DNA from: Octopus vulgaris
Lineage: Eukaryota
Reading direction: 5' to 3'
DNA: 64,000 nucleotides
Assembly (NCBI GenBank): GCA_951406725.2
Contig: OX597826.1
Span: 57,164,001-57,228,000, forward strand
Each line of letters begins with the position of its first letter. Position 1 is the first letter of the stretch. Below, one piece after another: positions 25,321 to 40,202 of this stretch. The position numbers and the translations under genes were made by a program. Below the pieces are notes generated by a model. The model worked only from the letters and a program-made list of their open reading frames with translations. It was not told where the DNA came from and did not search any database.

Positions 25321-27163
25321 CTTAAATCATTAATTGCAATGTTATGCTCCTGAGGACAAATTGAGTTTTGTATGAGGAGTTTCCCAGAACGTGCATCGCA
25401 GAATCGCAGACGGGAATGGAGCAGAGATGTTTAAGGATGATCAAGGATGTGAAGGACTGAGATGCAGTAGTGGAGAATGCTATTTTCCTGTAACTGGAAG
25501 CAACAGGTAATGATGCTGAATTAGCCTTAAACCAGAAAGTTATTCTAAATGCCTGCAAGGTGGCAGTGGCATTTAAACTAGATATATTCTATATGATTGG
25601 CTTTCATACACTTTACATCTACTCAGTCACTGGGTTATCAACATGAGGCTATGGTTGGAGATACTTTTCCAAAGTACCACACAGTAGGATTGAACCAAGT
25701 GCCATCTGATAACACAGTAAATTTTACCTAACTACACAGCCATCCTCGTTACTTGGAACAATTTTGTTATGTCATTGCTTTGTAATTACAAAGGCTGTAA
25801 GGTTTACATAATTGACTGCAGTTGAAATAGCCACTGTACTGTTGCTATATACTGTTTCTAGACAAAGAACGATTATTTGCATTAGACTACCAAGCTATAA
25901 ATCAGGTGTTACGATCTCATAATAATCTAACACCAAGAAGCATATGGACTTATATAAATACTTGTGAAAATTCACATGTAATATTAATAAAACACAACTC
26001 ACAATCAGCAGTGTTCAGCTTTCATAGAAAAATACATATAATATCATAAAATAAGATGGCTGGAAAGTGAAATAAAGCGACCGGAGCTTGAACCCAAAAC
26101 CATTACAGTCATAACTAAGTTTAAATCTAAAAAGAAAAATTGCTTTAGTAGAAGAATAGAGAAATAAATTTTCTTTTGAAAATTTGAAATGAATCTATGT
26201 ATTCTATTTAAAATTAGAAGTGACAGAATTTATTTAAGACCTGTCAAGAAAATGGTTTGAAAGACACACAAACTGTATTATTTCTTTCTCTTTTTTCTGT
26301 AGAATAATTCAATTCTAAAGAATCTAAAGGCTTCTTTGTTCTTCCAATTAAATTAAGAGAACATTCTTGAAGTACATATGATAATTTGGTTAATCTCAGA
26401 CTAGCTTTAAACACTTAAATCAGCCTGCTGTATATATTGCTTATACTCCACCGATTCACCGCCTTTCATGATTTGCTGAAGTCTTTTTACACGCCTTATG
26501 GGAGGTTTAAATAGTGTTTGCCTGTCACAAGTATGAAGTTATAAACACTGTGAATTGGGGAGAGAGAGAGGGGCTGAAGTGGTTGAAAATGTAACATGTT
26601 TAGCAGTTAGTGTGTGTACAATACAAGAAGACAGTGGCCACAGCAGAGACAGTTCTGTATATGCAACCGAAATGATACTGCTTAGCAATATCATGAAGCA
26701 TTAATCTCATGTACATTCTCTCTTCAAATTAATTATACATTGTAGGCTTAATGGAATCGTGGCTTTTTGTTTGTACTTCCTGCAAGACGCTTTGCAAGTG
26801 TGAAGCTTTTGTTTGAGGCAAAATAAAAAAAAAAATAAAAATGCAGTGTGAGAAAGAAAAGGAAAGGAAAGGAAAAAGGAAGATGAATAGACTTGACAGC
26901 TTACCATTGCTGATGTAAACATACAAGGTTTCCAATTGTAAACAGCTCCTCCAAGTGAGAAGCAACCGAAAACTTACACCATATTGACTTCTTTTAATCT
27001 CTTTCTTTAATCTCCTCTCACTCTAAACCTGTTTCCACCGCCACCACTACCACCATCACCAACGGCAGCAGCAACAACTGCTCTCTTTCTACAACTTGCT
27101 TTACCAATGGCAATAGTTGAATCTTTTTAAATAGCCACAAAATGACAGAAAGTCAGTGCTAAA

Positions 27164-27204
<41 letters not shown>

Positions 27205-27309
27205 TACTAAATATACATACAAACATACATGTATACATAAATGCATATATATGTGCATATATATATATATATATATATGTATATATGTGTGTGTGTGTAT
27301 ATGTATATT

Positions 27310-27378
<69 letters not shown>

Positions 27379-27849
27379 ACATAAATAAATAAATATACAC
27401 ACACACTGTTTGAGGTTTCTTCCATTAAGTGAGTGAAATACTTCCTAAGGCTGGAAGAATGTCCCATTAAATACAATTAGATTATTGTTTGTAATAAAAT
27501 TAAGAACGTAAGTATTGAAAAGTTTCACCAATCAAATAGATCTAAAAGTAAGGGGACAAATAAGCCCAAAGAAAAGAAATGTCTAACAATAATTATAAAC
27601 TGAATAAGTTTTCATATAACAAGATATGCAAACTATAGTTTATAAATGATGCCTTTCTTCTTGGAGAGCTGCCCTTTTCACATATATCAATACTTTAATG
27701 GGGGAGAGAGAGAGCATAGATACTGGAGCCAGGAGTTCCTTAGTTCAAGTTTTGACATTATCTTTTCTCTCTTTTTTATAATGATTTATTCTGAAAGAAG
27801 GATAAGAGCTCATGGCCTCTGCAAGTCCAGACTGTAGAAGGTTTTGTTG

Positions 27850-28200
27850 ATTAATTTAGATATATGTCAGTTTATGTCAGCAGAAAAGATGCAAGTGAAA
27901 AGAAAATATTGGACATACTGATCAGAACAAGGTCTGTAGTCAGACAGTACATATGATGAGAGAAGTGCAGGATGATCCTGGGGTGAATTTGTAAGCAACT
28001 AGTCTATTTATAGAGCAGAGAGCATGGTGGTTGTGGTAGAATGCAGTAATAGCATGTTTTTGGGTTGCAGCCTGTTGTGTATTGGTGAGGGAATTTTAGT
28101 CAGTCAGTTACATGGCTTTCTTTTGGTGTGATGTAGGCTTTTTGTTTATATAGCAACAATATTGTGTCAGATGTGGAAGCAGTATTCCAAGAAGTTGAAG
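27850..28200 (-). mobile_element. highly degraded CR1-group LINE remnant
   Basis: Fragments such as LEYCFHI and KKAM in minus-strand translation; weak. Confidence 0.35.
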
Positions 28201-28206
28201 CATTAA

Positions 28207-28430
28207 CCCTTTAGTAACTATATCTCTCTTGAAATACATTAACTTTGTTTCAATTCATTTTTAGAATTACGAAAAAAATTTAGTAAAATTACTTTGTCAT
28301 TATTAAGCTGGTTTTGGGAACATAAATTATCAAGAAATTTTGACGGAATATTTTAATTTAAATCGCTTTAAAACAGGAAATTTGTATCATAGAACTAAGG
28401 GCAGTCACAGGTAAGTTGGAATCATAAGGG
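28207..28430. mobile_element. piggyBac-type MITE (family G)
   Basis: TTAA|CCCTT ... AAGGG|TTAC termini; related copies 24256-24436 and about 38335-38583. Confidence 0.7.
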
Positions 28431-28992
28431 TTACATGAAGGGGCAGGATTAAGGGCAGAAGAAATGTACACTTGTATACATTACCAATTGATTGTCAAGC
28501 ATGTTGCTGACAATTGTAATATTTTAGTAGATCAAAAACTGAGGGAAATGGTAGATTATCAATCCAAATAATTTACAGCATAATTTCATCCTTCTACTTT
28601 TTGGGTTCCAATTGCACAATAATCAATTTTACCTTTCACTGATCCTGGGAGGATGAAATTAGTACAAAGAAGTTATTGGTGTTGACTGGGCTGACTGTCT
28701 TCCTCTAAAAATGTGCCTATGTAAGAAATCAACATGTTCTTTATCTTTGTGCCAACTCATTATTATTATTATTTTAACATCCACTTTTTCACTTTTGCAT
28801 GGATCAAACAAAGTTTAGTAAGGAAAATTTTCAAGATGCCTTTCCTATCACCAACTGTTATTACCTGTTTCCACATTAAGTAATACTTCCCTATGGCTAG
28901 ACATGTTTATGCAGAATATTGGAAATTACAACAATCTCACAATGTCAGGACAAGGAACCCTGCCTCACCCCATACACACAGGCACAATGGAC

Positions 28993-29234
28993 TTCTTTTG
29001 CTTTCTTATCTCTTTACTGTCCACAAGGGGCTACACACAGAGGGGACAAACAAGGACAGACAAACGAAATAAGTCGATTATATCGACCCCAGTGCGTAAC
29101 TGGTACTTAATTTATTGACCCCGAAAGGATGAAAGGCAAAGTCGACCTCGGCGGAATTTGAACTCAGAACGTAACAGCAGACGAAATACGGCTACGTATT
29201 TCACCCAGCGTGCTAACGATTCTGCCAGCTCGCC
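28993..29234 (-). mobile_element. tRNA-headed SINE (family D), well preserved
   Basis: Minus strand GGCGAGCTGGCAGAATCGTTAG ... GAGTTCAAATTCC then GCCTTTCATCCTTTCGGGGTCAATAAATTAAGTACCAG, which resembles (from memory) the conserved central domain of MetaSINEs. Confidence 0.8.
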
Positions 29235-29696
29235 TTCTTTTGCTTTCTGTCTACTAAATCCACTCACCAAGCTTTGGTCAGTCCAGGGCTATAGCAGAAG
29301 ACACTTGTACAAAATCCTATGTGAATCTGTAACCATATAGTATTAGGAACCAACCTTCTAAACCATACAGCCAGTTAAATATAATCAGAGTATCAAATTT
29401 ATTTAGCATATCATTATAAAGATATTTGTAAGTGATGAGATGAATCAAATATTGTTTACGTACTCAACATCTTTGGAGTAAATCACTGTGTGGTTTATTT
29501 ATTGTTTAACCTGCCTTACATTAGAGATCAGACAGGTTGTCTGTTGTGAAAACTGCACTACAGAAATGTTGAAGCAGCAGCCTTCCTGTTATCCATGAAA
29601 TATAAGAAAGGGATTCAGCTTATGTATGAAGATGGACATTAAAAATAGAAGCACATAACAAACATGAAACACTTAAAGGAACACATAAAGATAGTA

Positions 29697-29840
29697 ATCA
29701 TCATCATCATCATTTAGCGTCCGTTATCCATGCTAGCATGGGTTGGACGGTTTAACTGGGGTCTGTGAAGCTGGAAGGCTTCATCACGCCCAGTCAGATT
29801 TGGCAGTGTTTCTACGGATGGATGCCCTTCCTAATGCCAA
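29697..29840 (-). mobile_element. family C 3' fragment with (GAT)n tail
   Basis: Reverse complement of the 55190-55340 segment. Confidence 0.85.
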
Positions 29841-30197
29841 TATATTATATTATATTATATTAATGATGAAATTTTTGCTGTTATATAGTCCAAGGTCAGA
29901 CCTGAAGAAGTGCACTAAGGAACAAAGACATTCCAATCACGACCATCTATATTTTCCTCCCATCACAGTGTAACTTGGACAACATTATTCAATATATCCT
30001 TTTCTTTTTATGAGTGTATAGTGGTTTTTGAGGATATTTGGTAATTACATCGTGCAAGTCAGCCACCCTGCTGGCTCATGTAAGGAATAAAGTAAATGAG
30101 ATGAGAAGTATAGATTGCAGTAGAAAATGGGTTCAACTGAAAAGATCTGGCCAGAGCTGATGGATGTAGGATGAAAAATACAGCAAGATGACATATA

Positions 30198-30503
30198 CTG
30201 GGTCATCCCATAAATAATGTGTTTTTTTCAATTGCATGAACTAAAAGACGGAGGAGGACAGGATAAACTACCTGCATCAACTTGCAATAAAAGCAGGTAG
30301 TCATTTTACCTTGTCCTTATTCTTAGTGCAAGTTTTGAAGAGTGCAATTTGATTTTAACAGTTATTTTTTTCAAAGTTATAATGGAAATGACAAAGGAGC
30401 GTATTCGGCATATTTTGCTTTATGAGTTCAATAAAGGCAACCGAAAGTACAAGGAATATTAAGTGTAAGCCAGTGTAAACAGAGGTTCCAGAAATTCCAA
30501 GCT
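30198..30503 (+). mobile_element. mariner transposon 5' remnant
   Basis: TA then CTGGGTCATCCCATAAATAATG (putative left TIR); ATG at 30382 reads MEMTKERIRHILLYEFNKGN and later RFQKF, as in the mariner transposase N-terminal HTH; right TIR not found. Confidence 0.75.
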
Positions 30504-30618
30504 GCTATTTGCACTGCCCAAAAGTGTGGTTGGTCCCACATAAGGCTTCACCACAGAAAACAAACCATCCGTGTGGGTAGTGTAATTGTTACAATATTGG
30601 CAATTTGACTTTTATGCA

Positions 30619-30649
<31 letters not shown>

Positions 30650-31955
30650 TTTGTAATAAGGAAGTCAGACCAAATAGTGATATTTTATGTGACTTCATTA
30701 TTACAACTAATACGAATCAATGCCAGTACAAACTAATCAATGTTGACTCCACTTATGCAGATATTCTAATAATGCTTTAGAGTTGTTTGTTATATTTGAC
30801 TCAAGGCAAAAATTCTGGTACCACGTACCTCTTCTTAATATAATATGAAATATATGTATGCGTGTATATACATACACACACATAAAAAGAAAGAGAAAGA
30901 GGGAGGATGGTGAGGGGGGAGGGATGGGAGAAGTGTCAGAAAAACTTGGAGAAAATAAAATGCACCTTCAAAAAGTCTGTTTTTCAATAATGCAATGATT
31001 ACAGAATAAGGAATACCAAAAAAAAAAAAGAAAAATGCTATTGTGCAACCGACAAGTGCAGGGCAAATAGCATCAAGAAACTGAACTGATAATAAAGCTA
31101 CTGTAACAAATTGCTGATGCTGATAATAATGATGATGTTGATGATGAAGATAATGATGATGATGATGATGATGATGAAGATTATGATGATGCTGATGATG
31201 ATATTTGAACAGTAAATATGAATTTCTTTTCAATCTTAAACCCATGTCGGAATAAAGAAAACAACATAAAAACATGGCAATGGTGAATATGGGGGATAAT
31301 GGTGATGATGCTGGTGGTAGTGGTGGTAGTAGTGATGATGATGATGTTGCTGATTTTGAGACAATGCTTAAGTGTCACGGAAATTATCCCGCCACACTCC
31401 CGGGAGGCTAAGATTAAAATGATTTCAACAAGTCTTTTGGATAAACACAGTAAGCAATCAATTCTGCAATGCCAAGAACAAACTAAGAGTAACGAAGAAC
31501 AACAACAGTAATAACAATGTGAACTGAACAAAAACTTCAGAGCAGCTATAAAACACGAAAAAACGAAAGATAATACAGAAATTAGCAATCAATCAATATT
31601 TACTATCCGCTCCTTTTCCCACCAATTCAAAGTTATTTTCATTAGAAAAATAAAAGTTTAGCACCTTTTTAGTTCCAAGTCTTTGGACTTGGTTGAAATC
31701 TGAGATGTTCAACACTACCAAAAAACGACCCACACACCACCACCACCATTGGTGTATTAAAAAGTAGAAAAAAAAAAAGAACTGATAAAGAAGAAGAAGA
31801 AGAAGAAGAAGAAGAAGAAGAAGAAGAAAATGAATATCTAAAAAGAAAAGGGGAAGAAATTAATTATTGAACATTGTTGTTGTAGTTGTTATTAAAACAA
31901 CCTGTTTCCTAAAAAGAACAAAAATAATTTAAAAAAAAGTAATCTCCTTCCTTTC

Positions 31956-32003
<48 letters not shown>

Positions 32004-32030
32004 GAAAGAAAGGAAAATATACATATGTAT

Positions 32031-32066
<36 letters not shown>

Positions 32067-32153
32067 TAGATATATACATATAGGTATACATACATATATA
32101 CACACACATACAAATATATATATATATACTCATAGACACATATATATATAAAA

Positions 32154-32190
<37 letters not shown>

Positions 32191-32990
32191 GATATGTGTG
32201 AGTGTGTGTGAATATGTGTGTGTGTACACATACATAAATATGTACGTACATACATAGTTGCATATTACACATACACATGTACATACATACATACACATAT
32301 ATATAATAAAAAAGAAAAAAATTAAAACAGTCACTCCATAAAAGAGCTGATCTGAGCTAAGAAGGAGTGGTATGGGATTTCTCCAGCTGTAAGCCCCCAC
32401 TGCTTGGTCGTGGGATAAGCCAGCCAATATAGTATTACATGGAGAATAAAACCTAATTACTAGTGTAAACAGAAGACAGTAAAAGCAAGCAGTGGACTTA
32501 ATATATCTTGGTCCAGTCACTAACCAGGCAAATGAAACACTATATAGCAAGGGAACCAAGCATCAACGATGCCACAACCAACCACAGAGACCTCCCTCCT
32601 TGTTAACACCCGCCATACAATGTTCTGCCATGTCCAATAAACTAATGCGTATGAGGAATTGAATGTACAATTGTGTGTGTGTGTGTGTGTGTGTGTATGT
32701 CTGTGTGTATGTATTAATACACTGTGTACATATTATTCATAGAGAAATGTATATTATTCATCAATGTGTATGTACAAGCATGCGTGTATGCATACTAGTG
32801 TGTCTATGTAAACGTGCATATACTGGTGTATATGTACATGTGTGTGTGAGTGTACATATATACATAAATATATATATATATGTATATACATATATATGTG
32901 TATGTATATATATGCGTGCATGTGTGTGTACATATATGTGTATGTATATATGTATATATATATATGTACATGTGTGTGTATGTAGGTATG

Positions 32991-33031
<41 letters not shown>

Positions 33032-33096
33032 GTACATGTGTATGTAGGTATGTGTGTATGTATAGGAGAGTGTTGCTGTGTTTATATATGCATGAA

Positions 33097-33128
<32 letters not shown>

Positions 33129-34039
33129 TGTGTATACATGTATGTAAATGCTAGCTTGCTGTGTTTGTCTGAGTGTGTGCATATGTGTAAAAGGAGTGGA
33201 CTTCAAACTCATCTTGAAAGCAAAATGAAAAAGGAAAATAATAAAATGTTAGACAAATATGATATGGGTATCCACACTATTTACATTCATTATTGTTTTT
33301 TATTGTTCTGTTTTTATGATTTGTTTCTAAATCTTTTATATATCGGTTATTTGTTGTTGCTATGGTTGTTGTTGTTGTTGTTGTTACTGAAACATCATCT
33401 CCACCATCACTATACAGACATCTCTAAAAGGTTAATTAAAAAATGAGGTAAAGACAGTGTGTGTGGGATGTAGGAACTGTCTCAGGAGAAACAAACACAA
33501 GTGTGTTAGGAAAGGGGATAAAATCCATTCCATTAAATACACACTCCCTAAGAAGGGACAACATTTTTGTGTTTCTACAAAAAAAATTAAAAAATAAAAA
33601 ATAAAAAAATATATAGATATTAAAAAAAAATAAACTGACAAAAATGTTATAAAATTGGTTGGCTGAAATAATGTTTCATTGAATGATTGTATCTAAACTC
33701 CAAATCCATACATGTGCATGTGATTTGTGCGTGAAAGTGTGTGAGTTTTTTATGAATGTATGTGTGCGACAGATTTATAGCCATCATAATTTTAACATTG
33801 CGGATTTCCTGCACAATGGATTTACAATGGGTTTGGATTAGCTAAGTCTAGTGTTCCAAGTTTGATCAAACTATTTCAGATTTCAGATTTTCTTTGGTAT
33901 ACCACAAACTACGAGCATGTTTTCAACCACTTTCAATTTTGACAAAAGCTTGTATTACCCAGCATGCTTTATCCATTTAAATCACATGTGTCCCCCATAT
34001 CCATAGATATCATCTGGATATCCTATCCATGATCTTTAA

Positions 34040-34645
34040 CCCTTTAGTACTCAGATTACTCGTTCAAGTGTAAAACTTATTTATCCATATAGTTTTGAGT
34101 TAATCATGCATTATCTTGTGGCTTTAAAATTTCGACAATATACTCTTTTTACTCTTTTACTTGTTTCAATCATTTGACTGTGGCCATGCTGGAGCACCGC
34201 CTTTAGTCAAGCAAATTGACCCCAGGACTTATTCTTTGTAAGCCTAGCACTTATTCTATCGGTCTTTTTTGCTGAACCGCTAAGTTACAGGGACGTAAGC
34301 ACACTAGCATCGGTTGTCAAGTGATGTTTGGGGGACAAACACAGACACACACATATACACACACACACACATACATACATATATATATATATATATTTAA
34401 ACATAATAAATAACAATAGGGTAATAAGAAATTATTATTACCAGTGGCCTAGCACAAAAACGAATTAGTCATTAGACTATATATTATTCACATAGAAATA
34501 CACTTGGTGGTTTTGAGTTTTCTACTGCTCTTTCTAGCACAAGGCTTTCCTATTTGGAAGCCTCTAATTGTATTTCTCTCTCTCTCTATATATATATATA
34601 TACAACAGTTTTCTTTCAGTTTCCATCTACCAAATCCACTCTTAA
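34040..34645. mobile_element. nested cluster: MITE F left part, SINE A (minus), and an unclassified insert within the SINE microsatellite
   Basis: 34040-34140 matches 1694-1790; 34142-34370 and 34600-34645 are SINE A parts; 34395-34585 is unrelated sequence between TA runs. Confidence 0.7.
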
Positions 34646-35678
34646 TTACAAGAGATTTTGCTGCTATTTCAAGCAGAATGGAAGATCTAAGCAGCCCACA
34701 GCAGATCATAGCATTAGCCACTCCAACACAACAGAAGTTTTGATTGACATACTACAGAAGCACCAGCTTCTAAACAGTTCTTCACATCAGTTTTTACTAT
34801 GTTTATATATCCAGATCTTTCAATCCAAGCCCACTCTTCAAAGCTGAAGTGTTCTTTTCTTGTCTACCAGTGTTGAATAACCAGTAAAAGTTTATTTAAC
34901 TACATACACATTTTTAATTCCACACCTTGACTGCTAAGCCTGTGAACATATACTAAGGGGTCACTAAGTCAACAAATGCAATATTATATATAGATTTGTG
35001 CATACACACACACACACACACATGCATGTATGCACATATACACACCCATACCTACACACAGGAATGAACACATATGCACTCAAAACTCCAAGAATTTCCC
35101 TATAGGTTATAATCTGACAGCAAAAATAAATATATGCTTCTTAAATATATTATACTTGATTTCAGCATAGATGCAGGTGTGGTTGTTTGTTTAAGAAGCT
35201 TTTTTTCCAAACATGTGGTCTTAGGTTCCGTTTCAATGTGCAGCAACTCAGGCAAATATCTCATACATCTGATCAAAGCCTTGCAAGTTGATTTCATAGA
35301 AGGAAACTGTAAAAAATCTGCTGTGCATTTGTGTATGTATTTGTGCACACCCTTGTCTAGATGTCACACAATGGTTGTGATGATGCATCATCATCATCAT
35401 ACAAGTAATGTTCTTCCTCTCCAGTCTTTCATGCTATGTCTAGCAAGAGAAAGTACCATACCATCTTACTTGGAAAAAGGTGAAGGTTAGCAGCAAAAAG
35501 GGAATTCAGCCTTACAAAATTTGTTACAACAAAGTCCCATCAAACCCATGCAAGCATAGAAAAGTGTATATTAAATGATGATGACGACATACAAAGTATT
35601 TATTCATAACAACACTGTACGGGTTCTTCTGTGTTACACATACAATCTTGCATGCTTGCATATGTGTGTAGATGTGTA

Positions 35679-35711
<33 letters not shown>

Positions 35712-36014
35712 TGTTTAACGTCCGTTTTCCGCGCTAGCACGGGTTGGACAGTTCGACCGGGTTCTGGGAAGCCAGGGACTGCACCAGGCTCCAGTCTGAT
35801 CTGGCAGTGTTTCTACAGCTGGATGCCCTTCCTAACGCCAACCATTCCATGAGTGTAGTGGGTGCTTTTTACATGCCACCGGCACAGGTGCCAGACGAGT
35901 CTGGCATCGGCCACGATCGGTTGGTGCTTTTAATGTGCCACCGGCACAGAAGCCAGTCGAGGCGGCGCTGGCATCGGCCACGTTCGGATGGTGCTTTTTA
36001 TGTGCCACCGGCAG
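35679..36014 (-). mobile_element. family C element with internal tandem repeats, young
   Basis: (CAT)n then gtttaacgtccgttttcc ... ggatgcccttcctaacgccaacc and three ggtgcttttta..tgccaccggca units. Confidence 0.88.
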
Positions 36015-36580
36015 AGAAATAATTTTGAAACATAGCAATGTCAAGCAAACAAAAATCTGAGATACTTCAAATTTTACATTCCAACTCAGTCACCAAGACA
36101 AAAATAAAGAATAAAAAACTCTGAGTAACGACAGGAATGAAGCCACTGTTTCAAATCTCTCTCTCATGGTAACAATCATTGAACTAAGGCCATGCTGGAG
36201 GACCTCCTCAAATAGTATAATTGATGACACTTACAGCATTGACTGTTAGGTAAGTTATTAAACTTTGAAGAATGAAAGCAAGCCTGAATGGGGCTTGAAT
36301 ACAGAACATATTATGGGACAAAGCCAAATATGATAAAGAGCTTTGTCTGATACTTAACAGGTATAGGAACTGATGGATGAATAATTAAATAAGAGATTAA
36401 TTGCAAATAAAAATGTACAAGAGTTTTTGGTATGACAGACTGTGAAAGAAGTTGAATTTTGAGCTACAGAATATTAAGTTGATAGGCATTAGTGTGCGTG
36501 TGTGCATGAATATTGGAGCTACTATGAAAAAAAAGGATGTATAAGTGTTTAAGCTGCAGTATATAAGTTTGTGAATGTGT

Positions 36581-36830
<250 letters not shown>

Positions 36831-37467
36831 CATGCATACACACACGTATATGGTGTATGTATATGTGTATTTGTGGGAGCGTGTATGTTTGTGTATGTGT
36901 GTTATATGAAGGTAGGTGGATGTTCGTGAGAGACTTGTGGCCCACATGTGGGTTATGTGTTTGTGTGAATAAATGTATAAAATTAACTGGCATTTAATTA
37001 AAAACTAATCACGTAAATGCTTCAGAAGGTTTTAAAAGACTTTCAAATAAGTGTGTGTCAAAAGTAGGTAGATAATTAAAAACAAAAACAAAAATCAGCT
37101 TTCCAAGAGGTGGAGTGGAGCTATTAAAGAGATGCTTGGATAGATTCTTCATTACTGTCAGTTAGATATATAACACAAGTTCTACAAACATCTGGTTAGA
37201 TTTTATTTGATTATATAAGCATTGTCCCTTCCTAGTTAAAAGGATAGTTTTTCTCACTGTGTCTTGAGAGACGGAAAATAAATATTTGTTTTCATTTCTT
37301 TTCTGATTTATTCTAAAGCATTTATCATTTTTTTTTTTCATCTTCCTCCAAATAGACATTTAACTTAAGCTTAACTTGCAAGAATGAAACTTATGAACGA
37401 GATTCACAAGGATAATTTGAAATATTACTCATCATAATGACATTATATATGAGAAAAATTTAAAGCA

Positions 37468-37850
37468 AGTGCAGGCATAGCTTTATGGTTAAGAAGCTCA
37501 GCTTACAACTACATGGTTTCAGGTTCAGTCCCACTGATTAGTAGCTTGGTTCAAGTGTCTTCTAATATTGCTAAAGACCAACCAATGCCTTGCGAGCAAA
37601 TTTGGTAGCTAGAAACTGCATGGAAGCCTACCATTTATGTATACGTGTGTGTGTCTTTGCGTTTGTCTCCCCCACAACTGCCACCACCACTTGACAACCA
37701 ATTTGTTTATGTTATTGAAGCTTAGCCACTTGTCAAAAGAGGTTGATAAGATAAGTACCAGACTTAAAAATAAAGTACTGGGGTTGATTCATTTGGTACC
37801 CCAGCATGGCCACAGTCCAATGAGTGTTACAAGTAAGATCTAAAAAAAAA
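37468..37850 (+). mobile_element. SINE family A, older diverged copy
   Basis: ggttcagtcccactg, caagtgtcttct, gataagataagtacc, ccagcatggccacagtc. Confidence 0.8.
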
Positions 37851-39749
37851 TAAATAGACAAGGCTGTGGTATGTAAACAAATGGGACAGCACATTACATT
37901 CTTTGCAATTCAAACAGTGATTTGTTTGAAGTTCTTTTTGTCAGTAGAACAATTGCAGGTTCTCATCCTCTGAAGAGTGGCCAGTCAGATATGAAACTTA
38001 TCATTCTTCTCTTTACGAAAATATTAACAAAATGTATTGTTTACTCTCTGCAGTGTAAGCAATACAAGCTGTGGCCTAACTACATTAAATTTATATTTGA
38101 TTTCTTCGTACACACTATTTGTGCATAAAAGATAGTCCGTCAGTCTTGGGTGGTGGTGAGAGATTTATGCATTTATGTTTTGAAGATGGACATAACTTTG
38201 AAGTTTTGCCAATTGAGGCTTTGCAAATTGTACAATAAAATCAAATATTAGTCATATATATCATTAAAGATGGAATAGATTGGTAGGGGAGACAGAGCTC
38301 AAATATCAGAAAAATAATGAAGAATCAACAGTAAAGTTAAGCCCACCTGAAATCACCTCTAAACCTAATTACACAATACATTCTGTTTTAAAGTTTTCAT
38401 ATTTGAGTTAAGATCTCTCATCATAATTTTAGATAAGAATTTGATAAGTTTTTAAATATTAATTTAATAATGAGAAAAAAATAATTTGGTGTTTAACTAA
38501 ATCCTAATGAATTCTCAACTGTTTTCAAGATTAACTGAAAAACCTATATGGTGTGTTTCATGTGAAGTATAGCCAAAATAGGGTTAAATATATGATCTAG
38601 GAAAGAAAATAAATCAGAAATGTGTTTAAATTAAATATGCTTTAAAAGGTGGGTGAAGTAATGTGAAAGTGGGAAGAAGGTTCAATATAGATGAACACAG
38701 AATTATTATTCTAATGAGTTATACATAATAAAATAGAGTTTGTTCGCTTGTATGTTCCTTTGTTTTTATGTCTGCTATTCAATGCCAGCATGCATTGGGC
38801 AAATATGTAATACTGAGGTATTGTTTTACTGCAAGATATTCTTCCTGTAGTTAAACCTTGCTTGCTTTTCAAGTAAGGGTCTTTCTTAATGTATTTTTCT
38901 TGCCTTTGAACGTACAGAACCTGAAGACAAGTGTTCCACAAGCAATGTCAACATTCACATAAGAGCATACACACATAAGCACACCTCCTTCTCTCACATA
39001 GACATATACACACATAGATATGCACACACAATGGTCTTCCATAAAGTTTCTGTCATCTAATTCCACTTATAAAGGATTGACTGGCTTGAGGCTGCAATAG
39101 AAAACATTTACCCAAAGTGCCATTTTGCAAGATAGGATTTGAGACTCATATGATCACAAAGTAAATTTTGTATCCACACAGCCATGCATGCAGCTAATTA
39201 TATTTATATTCATCATTGCATCAAGTCGTAAATTATAAAACAAGGTATTTTTATTTAAAAACACTCTGTTTCATATCTAATATGTAACTTATTATAATAA
39301 TACTTCTAAATCCATTCACAGTAATTTCTACCCAAACCATACAACTTCAATTACTTTCATTATGGATTTAAACACATTCTTAATCTCCATCCATGGAGCA
39401 TATATTTAACAAAACTTCATTTTTGTCAATATTGCTGGTTCAGCATTATTTTTCTGACACTAAATTTCATCTCCTCCATCAACCACTTCCATCCTTAATC
39501 CTATAATTAGCATTCAATTTTTTTGTACAGTTTGAAAAAAAAAAAACAACAACAACCAAGGAAACTTCAAAATCACAGCTAAATTTCAAAAAGTAAATAT
39601 TTAACATATTTCATTCAACTCAAAATACTGAGTCTTTTTCTTGTTTAATATATTTTACATATCTAACTAAAATATCTATATCAATATGCAATGAGAATAA
39701 TTGCTTAACTACATATGAAAGCAATTATGACCCTTATATCTTCTGGTAC

Positions 39750-39877
<128 letters not shown>

Positions 39878-39984
39878 TCGGGGTGAGTACTTGATAATTA
39901 TAAGCACCTGTGTATACCGTTTGGTGGTGTAGGTGGTGGAGTAAATTGATCAAAATAAAATAAAAACATGATGCGAAGGATTCA

Positions 39985-40062
39985 GCGGTACATATGTTTC
40001 GGGCCTTTATTAGACAGATTTATAACAATGCATAATGTATGTCTGTGGCCTTCTTCAGCCGC
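39985..40062 (-). ncRNA. type I hammerhead ribozyme motif (mirror copy)
   Basis: Exact reverse complement of 40087-40164. Confidence 0.75.
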
Positions 40063-40086
40063 GCACAACAGCTTCCGCTGTTGTGC

Positions 40087-40164
40087 GCGGCTGAAGAAGG
40101 CCACAGACATACATTATGCATTGTTATAAATCTGTCTAATAAAGGCCCGAAACATATGTACCGC
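40087..40164 (+). ncRNA. type I hammerhead ribozyme motif
   Basis: Stem I GCGG/CCGC; core CUGAAGA; stem II GGCC/GGCC with an A.C closing mismatch and long loop; GAAA; palindromic stem III ACAUAUGU; GUA triplet with predicted cleavage between 40160 and 40161. Confidence 0.75.
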
Positions 40165-40202
40165 TGAATCCTTCGCATCATGTTTTTATTTTATTTTGAT
40201 CA

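Noticed and set aside
30822-30850. 5-nt microexon ttaag|AAGAG|gtacgt (minus)
   Set aside because: AAG acceptor with a poor pyrimidine tract; indistinguishable from chance.
31897-31945. 7-nt microexon tttttag|GAAACAG|gttgtt (minus)
   Set aside because: Good acceptor but weak donor; read-through frames stop quickly.
31909-32559. 216-aa hydrophobic ORF on minus
   Set aside because: More than half is microsatellite; the remainder reflects T-rich composition with no recognisable domain.
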